12,734 bases of DNA from Octopus sinensis (taxonomy: Eukaryota). Shown piece after piece: positions 1 through 7,405 of this stretch; the first letter of the stretch is position 1; every line of letters begins with the position of its first letter. Location of the stretch: assembly GCF_006345805.1 (NCBI RefSeq), contig NW_021826510.1, forward strand, positions 1 to 12,734, given 5' to 3'. The position numbers were made by a program, and so were the translations under genes. Under the pieces are notes generated by a model. That model saw only the letters and a list, made by a program, of their open reading frames with translations, did not search any database and was not told the DNA's origin.

Positions 1-6
1 TTATTA

Positions 7-65
<59 letters not shown>

Positions 66-70
66 TTATA
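1..70. repeat. (ATT/ATC)n trinucleotide microsatellite
   Basis: Direct reading: ttattatatcattatcattatcattattattattattatt... Confidence 0.95.
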
Positions 71-114
71 TCAAATCGATATATATTTTTTATTTTATGG
101 TTCCATTGTCTTAG

Positions 115-221
115 AGGAGGAGGCGTCCATTTTCAAAGGCTCCACCAAGGTATCCGAAGGCTATTTCATGTACCCTCTACGATTTGCGTATAGCGAAGGT
201 AGTCTTTTAAAGATTTTCACG
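115..221 (+). CDS. Internal coding exon of an unidentified host gene (EEASIFKGSTKVSEGYFMYPLRFAYSEGSLLKIFT)
   Basis: Acceptor ttgtcttAG (113-114) and consensus donor GTAAGT at 222. GC-richer island in AT-rich DNA. Only one of three frames is open across the 107 nt, and it ends in phase 0. Confidence 0.7.
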
Positions 222-286
222 GTAAGTAAAGATATTTATCGTTCTGCGGCGTCCAATATGGCGATTGATGGTGTGATTCTATAGAG

Positions 287-772
<486 letters not shown>

Positions 773-856
773 AGAATTGGGAGATAAAAAAATGTCTTCC
801 ACTCTCCAATATGTCCGCTTCCTCCCCACTCAATCCGCCATTTTATTCTCTCACAG

Positions 857-999
857 GACTCCAACTTCAAAATCTCGTTCGATGCTTCAGGTTCGAATGT
901 GCCTTCATTTGAAGCCTATTCCTCCCAGTCTCCGCTCACCAGCGTCAACACAGCAACATCATCTTCATCAGGAACTGTTTATTATTATTCAAATAAGAA
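857..999 (+). CDS. Internal coding exon of the same gene (DSNFKISFDASGSNVPSFEAYSSQSPLTSVNTATSSSSGTVYYYSNK)
   Basis: Polypyrimidine acceptor ttttattctctcacAG (855-856) and donor GTAAGT at 1000. The phase-0 frame joins the 115-221 exon without a stop and ends in phase 2. Confidence 0.7.
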
Positions 1000-1149
1000 G
1001 TAAGTAAAACCAGCCCCCCTCCCTCATATAAACGTATATATATAAATATGTATATATATATATATATATATAGAGTATTTCTAAATTGAATTTTTCCCTG
1101 TAAGTTTCGAATAATATTCTCTCATATTATTATTATTATTAGTTATTAG

Positions 1150-1273
1150 TGGAAATCCGAAGGTGAATATGGAGGCTGGGGTAACACATCCCAGCCAGTT
1201 GCAGCAATTTTTGTCTAGTTCCCAAAACCATCAATGTGCGAAAATGAACTTTCTTATCTTCCATTTTAAAAGG
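1150..1273 (+). CDS. Possible third exon (GNPKVNMEAGVTHPSQLQQFLSSSQNHQCAKMNFLIFHFKR)
   Basis: AG at 1148-1149 gives a phase-2-compatible frame open to TGA 1298-1300. Both the acceptor (ATT repeat as pyrimidine tract) and the donor (AGG/GTTACA) are weak. Confidence 0.25.
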
Positions 1274-1852
1274 GTTACAGAATTAACACAGTTTATATGA
1301 ACATAAACTTCTTCCACGAAAGATAGCTTAAATTGTGCTCTAATGGAGGTGCAGTCAAATCCTATTTTATGGACTCAACCATGTTCTAAAATAATTTGAA
1401 TGGTATGCTACTATAAATCGGCACGAACTTTCCGGACAACCCAATATTTATATTTAATACAACAATTATTTTACAAACGTATATATCTTTCTGAAGAATG
1501 TTCGAATATTGATTTCCTGATATTAATAATAATATATTATATTATGTGTATATATATATATCAGAAATTAGAAAAGAAAAATACGCATACTTACATAGTT
1601 TTAATATAATTTTTAAAATATCGACCGTTTTTTCTATCACCATTCATGATATTATGTTTTACTTATTTGAATATGTATTTTTTCTTAAGAAAAAATTTTG
1701 TCCATGTTGTGTGTGATGAAATTCAGGAGGGAATGACTTCTCAAGTAGATAAATAAAGGGAGGTAATTGGTTATCGTTAACTGTTCAGTTATCTCCCTTA
1801 CGCACAACAGTTATAAATATATATACATGTATTTTTTCCTTTATCATTTCAG

Positions 1853-1948
1853 ACAATATACACTGACAAACGGACTGTTGACCGCGTTTTGTCCAGCATA
1901 ATGATTTTTACAACGGAACTACTAGAATATGCAGGGACATTTACATAA
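1853..1948 (+). CDS. Possible downstream or terminal exon
   Basis: Strong acceptor ttttttcctttatcatttcAG (1851-1852). Phase 0 reads TIYTDKRTVDRVLSSIMIFTTELLEYAGTFT* (stop 1946-1948); phase 2 reads QYTLTNGLLTAFCPA*. No clear donor. Confidence 0.25.
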   Translation, partial: TIYTDKRTVDRVLSSIMIFTTELLEYAGTFT

Positions 1949-2075
1949 TTTTATAAATTTTTCACATACTATATATGTCGACATACGTACATACATTTCA
2001 CTCTTCCATTTATTTATCTTTCCTCTCTCCCTCTTTCTCTGACAATCTTTCTATATATCTCTCTATCTGTCTATC

Positions 2076-2162
2076 TACACACAGCACACCACACACACAC
2101 AGACACACACGACACACACACACACACACACACCACCACACACACACACACAACACACACAC

Positions 2163-2214
<52 letters not shown>

Positions 2215-2232
2215 TATAATAATATATATATT
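2076..2232. repeat. (CA)n followed by (TA)n microsatellite
   Basis: Direct reading. Confidence 0.95.
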
Positions 2233-2244
2233 AAAGCAATTAAG

Positions 2245-2276
2245 ATTCAAGTAAATTCCAATGAATTTACTTGAAT
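2245..2276. other. Perfect 14-bp inverted repeat with a 4-nt loop
   Basis: ATTCAAGTAAATTC (2245-2258) - CAAT - GAATTTACTTGAAT (2263-2276). Confidence 0.9.
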
Positions 2277-2377
2277 GTGGTACTTAACTTAGATGCACCA
2301 GAAAAACTTATATGGTGTTATCCATACATAATGTGGGGTGATTATAAACGAGAAGAAGCAACAAGAATGGATTAGTT

Positions 2378-2466
2378 TTTTAGTACTTGTTTCATACAAA
2401 GACAGGCTTTATTACAAGTTTGCAAAAATTGCAGCAGATAAAAGTGTCCGTACTCATCAGCTAAAA
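2378..2466 (-). ncRNA. Type I hammerhead ribozyme (left arm, minus strand)
   Basis: Minus strand: stem I UUUUAG (2466-2461), CUGAUGA (2460-2454), stem II GUAC..GUAU (2453-2450 / 2397-2394), GAAA (2393-2390), C-AA-G, GUA cleavage after 2384, stem I CUAAAA (2383-2378). Confidence 0.75.
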
Positions 2467-2576
2467 TACATTTGAGTTCTCTAGCATCTTAGTGGTGAGG
2501 TGTATACTCATGAAATATTGGAGATAGTTCCATTAGAGGCAGATATAGGTTGTAACAGTTTTCCAAGTTCCTTAAT

Positions 2577-2778
2577 GATGATGCACAGTCTTATCACAGA
2601 TTTTTAAAACTTATTAGTTTCGAAGAGAAGATGAATCAATCCATAGTGTAGATTTAAATTTCCGAGATATGAAGGAGGATGATGCACAGACTTATAACAG
2701 GTTTTTTAAGACTTATTAGCTTCACAGAAAGGGTGAATTAATCCATAGTGAAGATTTACATTTCCAGTGGTAAGATGA
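2577..2778 (+). repeat. Diverged ~101-bp tandem duplication inside the inverted-repeat element
   Basis: GATGATGCACAG...AATCCATAGTG..GATTTA.ATTTCC begins at 2577 and again at 2678; a possible partial third copy follows. Confidence 0.85.
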
Positions 2779-2960
2779 GGAATTTCATACTCACAGACGA
2801 TGTATTTAAAACCATTATTAATCCATAATCATTTCATGCTATATGATAAGTTAATTTTGCCATGTTATTGGCTCTCCGTGCAAAACTGCTATATTTCATT
2901 TATTTCCAATATTCATGAGTATAACCTCACCCACTAAGATGTCTAGAGAACTCAAATGTA

Positions 2961-3049
2961 TTTTAGCTGATGAGTACGGGACACTTTATCTGCTGCAATT
3001 TTTGCAACTTGTAATAAGCCAGTCTTTGTATGAAACAATTGTACTAAAA
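2961..3049 (+). ncRNA. Type I hammerhead ribozyme (right arm, plus strand)
   Basis: Stem I UUUUAG 2961-2966 / CUAAAA 3044-3049. CUGAUGA 2967-2973. Stem II GUAC 2974-2977 / GUAU 3028-3031. GAAA 3032-3035. Palindromic stem III ACAAUUGU. GUA cleavage after 3043. Confidence 0.85.
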
Positions 3050-3078
3050 ATTAATCCATTCTTGTTGCTTCTTTCTCG

Positions 3079-3139
3079 TATATATATATAGTATATATAT
3101 ATATATATAATATATATATGTGTGTTGTGTGTGTGTGTG

Positions 3140-3185
<46 letters not shown>
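3079..3185. repeat. (TA)n + (GT)n microsatellite
   Basis: Direct reading. Confidence 0.95.
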
Positions 3186-3189
<4 letters not shown>

Positions 3190-3312
3190 GGAGCAGCCGT
3201 ATCTATGTGGTAAAAAGCTGGCTTCCCAACTAAATACTTCTGGTTCCGTACTGCTGGCCAACTAACCCTAGTGACTGGATTTTGGTGATGGAAACTGGAA
3301 CCCATCGTCTCT
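3190..3312 (+). mobile_element. Degenerate, internally deleted tRNA-derived SINE
   Basis: tRNA-like head with an A-box-like segment (TATCTATGTGGTAA), GCTTCCCAAC and a B-box-like GGTTCC, then a GTGACTGGATTTTGGTGATGGAAACTG 3' block. It resembles the abundant Octopus SINE as I recall it; not database-checked. Confidence 0.5.
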
Positions 3313-3453
3313 CTCCTCTCCTCGATATATTATATATATATATATATAGATATATATATTAATAAATGAAATAAAACATATGCATATATATAAACATGTA
3401 TGTACGTACCTACCTCTACATGTAAATATACACGCATATATGATATATATATA

Positions 3454-3606
3454 TTTCTGTTTCTTTCTGTGTTCCCTTTCTGATGAAGAGCGTGGTTTCG
3501 AAACGTAAAAGACTTTCTCATCTCCCGAGCGTTAAACTAATAAATTTGTTTGTTCTTTACACACACCCGTCTTTTGTCATTTGTTTTTATCGTAAAGTCT
3601 ACTTTT
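3454..3606 (+). mobile_element. Short (~150 bp) HHR-bearing Penelope pLTR-like unit between (TA)n runs
   Basis: Non-microsatellite block bounded by TA runs on both sides, containing a minimal HHR and a pyrimidine-rich tail. Confidence 0.55.
3476..3511 (+). ncRNA. Minimal type I hammerhead ribozyme (PLE-type)
   Basis: Stem I CUUU 3476-3479 / AAAG 3508-3511. CUGAUGA 3480-3486 plus an extra A. Imperfect stem II GAGC-GUG-GUUUC. GAAA 3500-3503. Palindromic ACGU stem III. GUA cleavage after 3507. Confidence 0.75.
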
Positions 3607-3608
3607 AT

Positions 3609-3673
<65 letters not shown>

Positions 3674-3683
3674 ATATATATAC
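3607..3683. repeat. (TA)n microsatellite
   Basis: Direct reading. Confidence 0.95.
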
Positions 3684-3802
3684 AGTAGGTACTGTAAATT
3701 TAGGGTGAATACTTGATAAGTGTAAGCACCTATATACGCCAGATAGTGGCAGAGGTGAAAGGGAATATAGCAAATAAAATCAAAAACAGAACACAAAGGA
3801 TA

Positions 3803-3898
3803 TCGCGGTGCACGTGTTTCAAAGCTTTATAAACAATCCTGTACTACATCAGTGTATTATTGATATAAAAGATGGTTTAAAACTCTCTTCAGTAGCAA
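3803..3898 (-). ncRNA. Degenerate type I hammerhead ribozyme with long stem II
   Basis: Minus strand: CUGAAGA (3892-3886), stem II GAGUUUUAAAC..GUUUAUAAAGCUUU, GAAA (3820-3817), stem III CACGUG. The cleavage triplet is GCA rather than GUH, and stem I is only partly paired. Confidence 0.55.
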
Positions 3899-4139
3899 AC
3901 ATTATTAGTCCAAAGATTACATCACAATATAAAAATATAAAAAGTACATGTAGTATTACCCATTATAATAGGCTTATCATATCTCTCCCTGAGAAAGTGT
4001 ATTTGTATAATTTCCTTTCCTAGCTGTATAAATGTATAGAGATTCATTGAATTTCGAAACTCTGACCATACTGTTCACCAGTCAACATAGAGTGAATGTT
4101 AAATAGATTGGATTGAGTTTATATTTAATTCTCTTGTAT

Positions 4140-4385
4140 GAGATAGGAAGGAAAATAATGTAGAAAGAAACAATAAAAGTTAAAAAATAAAAATAAGAAA
4201 TAAAGAATAAGAATAAAGGAAGTGAAAGACAAGAGTAATAAAAGCAAAAATGATAAAAGTAAAATAAAGATAATAAAGTTAGAACCACATATAAATAAGA
4301 ATTAGCCAATTAGATAAAGTAACAAAGAGATAAAGACAAAATAATTAAGAACATAAAGTAGAGTAAAATAAGAGATAAGATATTA
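4140..4385. repeat. Degenerate purine-rich (AAT/AAAT/AAG) low-complexity tract
   Basis: Direct reading. Confidence 0.8.
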
Positions 4386-4518
4386 AGGGCTGAGAATAAG
4401 AATTTGGCTTTCATGGGATGGCAGTGGTCATAAATAATTTCGTAATTTGACCACTCGTTGAAATACAGATTGAGGTTGTAATTTGATATCATTGTGATGA
4501 ATGGTTAATTTATATTTG

Positions 4519-4583
<65 letters not shown>

Positions 4584-4585
4584 TA

Positions 4586-4945
4586 CACAAAATAAGAAAT
4601 GGAGAAACAATTCCTTTCAATCATCGACTTACAGATAGATTTACCAATTCATATTATTTATTAACTTCTTAAATAGGAACATCCAAATCCAACAGAATAA
4701 AACAATATATATCAATAAGTAAGATAATACCGTAAAAATAATACACATAAAAAGGATCTTACAGCTGTTTCAGCCTGTAGATAAAGGTATCTCATTGTGC
4801 CTATATTAGTCAGATGTACTGAGGTTATATGCAGTTAAAAATAGTTACTTATATATGTATCTAAAGGGCCTCGTCAGAGATTATAAAGTACAATATAAAA
4901 ATATACAAATCAAATATAAATATGAAACAAAATACACATACACAA

Positions 4946-4947
<2 letters not shown>
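4586..4947 (-). mobile_element. ~360-bp HHR-bearing Penelope pLTR-like unit between (TA)n runs
   Basis: Block bounded by TA arrays (about 4519-4585 and 4948-5030) and containing an intact minus-strand HHR core. Confidence 0.5.
4756..4881 (-). ncRNA. Type I hammerhead ribozyme with ~99-nt stem II domain
   Basis: Minus strand: stem I AUCU (4881-4878) / AGAU (4759-4756). CUGACGA (4877-4871). Stem II GGCC (4870-4867) / GGCU (4775-4772), extended by UAGAUA/UAUCUA. GAAA (4771-4768). Palindromic stem III ACAGCUGU. GUA cleavage after 4760. Confidence 0.8.
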
Positions 4948-5000
<53 letters not shown>

Positions 5001-5030
5001 TGTATATACATATATATAAGTATATATATA
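4948..5030. repeat. (TA)n microsatellite
   Basis: Direct reading. Confidence 0.95.
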
Positions 5031-5504
5031 ATACTATTCATACACGTAAGGTTACAGATAATCAAATATAACTACTGGAGTATACAAATACATCCACATT
5101 AATGGGTACATATACAAAGTCCAAAGTTCATTACATTACATTACCAAAACTATTAATATTATTATTATTATAAATAATACCAATATTGGAATATGTGCAT
5201 TCTGCTATTCACAATACATAGTAGATGGAAAATATCACATATAATATAATATAATATAATATAGTGTAATATAATATAATATATTGTATAGTACATATAT
5301 AATATAGTATAACATAATATATAGGCAGATGCCTATGAAAGATGCAAGCACATTAATTCAACAAATGATGTAACAAATAATGTCATAATATTCATATATC
5401 ATACAGTCAAAATCGCAACTTCAGTCTTATTCTGCATACATATATATACACACAGGTAACAAATACATGTATATGCATATACATACATGGTAAAACATCC
5501 ACTA

Positions 5505-5525
5505 ATACATATACATATATATATA

Positions 5526-5583
<58 letters not shown>
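5505..5583. repeat. (TA)n microsatellite
   Basis: Direct reading. Confidence 0.95.
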
Positions 5584-5589
<6 letters not shown>

Positions 5590-5814
5590 GATTTTATCCT
5601 TTTAAATCATACAAAAGATTATGCACGTAGAGTTCACAGATCAAGAGGTAAGAGATAGGCCGTAACGGGCTATGCTTGCGTTATTATTAATACATTATTC
5701 TAGTGGTTTAATAAAATACGGGGGTAGGGGAAAGATTATTTACAATCTCAAGCTAAATCCAATTGGTTGACACATTTGAATTTCATCATCTTTGTTACGG
5801 TTGGTTTGTTAAAA

Positions 5815-6110
5815 TACACACAGATACATACATACATATAAGGGCACACACACACGTACACATAGATATGCATATGTACATAAATACACACATACATACA
5901 TACATACAAACATACATACATACATACATACATACATACATACATACATACATACATACATACATACATACATACATACATACATACGTACGTACATATC
6001 CATATACACATATACATACATATATACACATATACATATACTTATATACACCCCCATACACATAAACATATATATATACATACATATACATACTAATAAC
6101 TAAAATAATA
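5815..6110. repeat. (TACA)n/(CA)n/(TA)n compound microsatellite
   Basis: Direct reading; it explains the YVCM/HTYI ORFs. Confidence 0.95.
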
Positions 6111-6189
6111 ATATAAACCATTTAAAGTGAAAACTATGCTAATTCCTAATATATAAAAAGTGGCCTAAATGGGTATAATACGTTAGGAT

Positions 6190-6457
6190 TATATATTTGG
6201 CAAGATTGGAAAATATTCAGACAAAACTTTCAAAAGAAATAGTTATGCATTGCACATTTGACAAGATTTATGGGAAAGAAATGGGAAGATATTTACGAAA
6301 GATACAAAAATCAAATTCACCGTGTAAATATACTGTTACTATAATGCGAATCCTTACAATCAATTTAACATTAGCTTTTACACTTCTCCAATTAAATTCA
6401 TTGCAAAAGTTAAGTCGTATAAAATACCGTAATAAAAACAAAATATTCTGTATCTGA
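6190..6457 (+). pseudogene. Possible highly decayed PLE GIY-YIG endonuclease C-terminus
   Basis: EMGRYLRKIQKSNSPCKYTVTIM, ANPYN (shifted frame) and LNSLQKLSRIKYRNKNKIF* loosely follow the ELSKYIW..L..KWSI / AKPYN / LN.RSEL.SKCRH.NK pattern I recall from invertebrate PLE endonucleases. Confidence 0.35.
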
Positions 6458-6859
6458 CCATATATTATCTTCTAGATTATGTTTATTATTGTGGATATTT
6501 TAGAGATCGATATACAATTTTAATGTTACTCAATTATGCAACTATTCATATTTTATTCTGCATTAATATCTATCCATTCATTTCTACATCCATTTAATGA
6601 TATAAGATAGTTATTCAATATTAATCTAAGGTTATCCAATATCATATCCATGTACCCCTATATATAATAGGTAATTTATTATTGATCAAAGGTTATACAA
6701 GTATATCCTCGTAATTAAATAAATGTTTGATCAAAACCATTTATATCGGGATGGACCACATAAGTAGTTAAAACTAAACAAACAAATATTCAGTCCACCC
6801 GTTTCCTATAAACCTTTATAAATACAACATATACCTTAATCGAATATAGGTTGAAGTAC

Positions 6860-7330
6860 ATAAGTAAATATATACATGCACATACATATATACACTCATA
6901 TACGTACATACACATTCACATGCACACCTGCATACAGTCCTATAAATAGCCACACATATGCAAAATATACATATACAATATACATACGAACACTCATATA
7001 TATACACAGACATGAACATTCATACATACACATATACATATATAAATATATATACCCATATACCCACACATAAATATACATACATACAAGTATAGATATA
7101 TACATACATACAATATATATTATTATATAGTATATATATATATAAATACATACGTACATAGACACACACACACGCACACATATACAAGATATACATACAT
7201 ATATATACATATATACATACATACATACATATATGATATATACATACATATATATACATATATATATATATTATATAATATATATTATATATATATATAT
7301 ATATATTATATAATATATATATATATTATA

Positions 7331-7370
<40 letters not shown>

Positions 7371-7405
7371 TATATGTGTATATATATGTATATATATATA
7401 TATAT
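6860..7405. repeat. Degenerate (TACA)/(CA) tract grading into (TA)n
   Basis: Direct reading. Confidence 0.9.

Larger units (their letters stand above)
2349..3078. mobile_element. Non-autonomous element with ~178-bp inverted terminal arms (2349-2526 / 2901-3078), each carrying a hammerhead ribozyme; inverted-pLTR Penelope derivative or MITE
   Basis: The arms align at about 92% by manual count (about 14 differences, mostly 1-nt indels). Ends CGAGAA...TTCTCG, with (TA)n on the right. No coding capacity. HHR core in both arms. Confidence 0.85.

Noticed and set aside
965-971. CUGAUGA on the minus strand within exon 2
   Set aside because: The best stem II partner (GAUG/CAUC) is followed by GAAC, not GAAA, with no stem I or III. 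It is explained by Ser codons.
1174-1196. GC-rich hairpin GGCTGGG-9nt-CCCAGCC
   Set aside because: It resembles a hammerhead stem II, but neither CUGANGA nor GAAA flanks it, and a 7-bp stem alone is not significant.
1491-1510. CTGAAGA followed by ATGTTCGAAT
   Set aside because: No stem II, GAAT instead of GAAA, and no stem I partner.
2577-2778. Tandem repeat as a CRISPR-like array
   Set aside because: Only two diverged, contiguous ~101-bp units with no spacers, in a eukaryotic context with no cas genes.
4417-4463. 12-bp bulged hairpin (AGTGGTCA/TGACCACT core) followed by GAAA
   Set aside because: The upstream box is TTCATGG (3 mismatches to CUGAUGA) and there are no convincing stems I or III. 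At most an unprovable relic.
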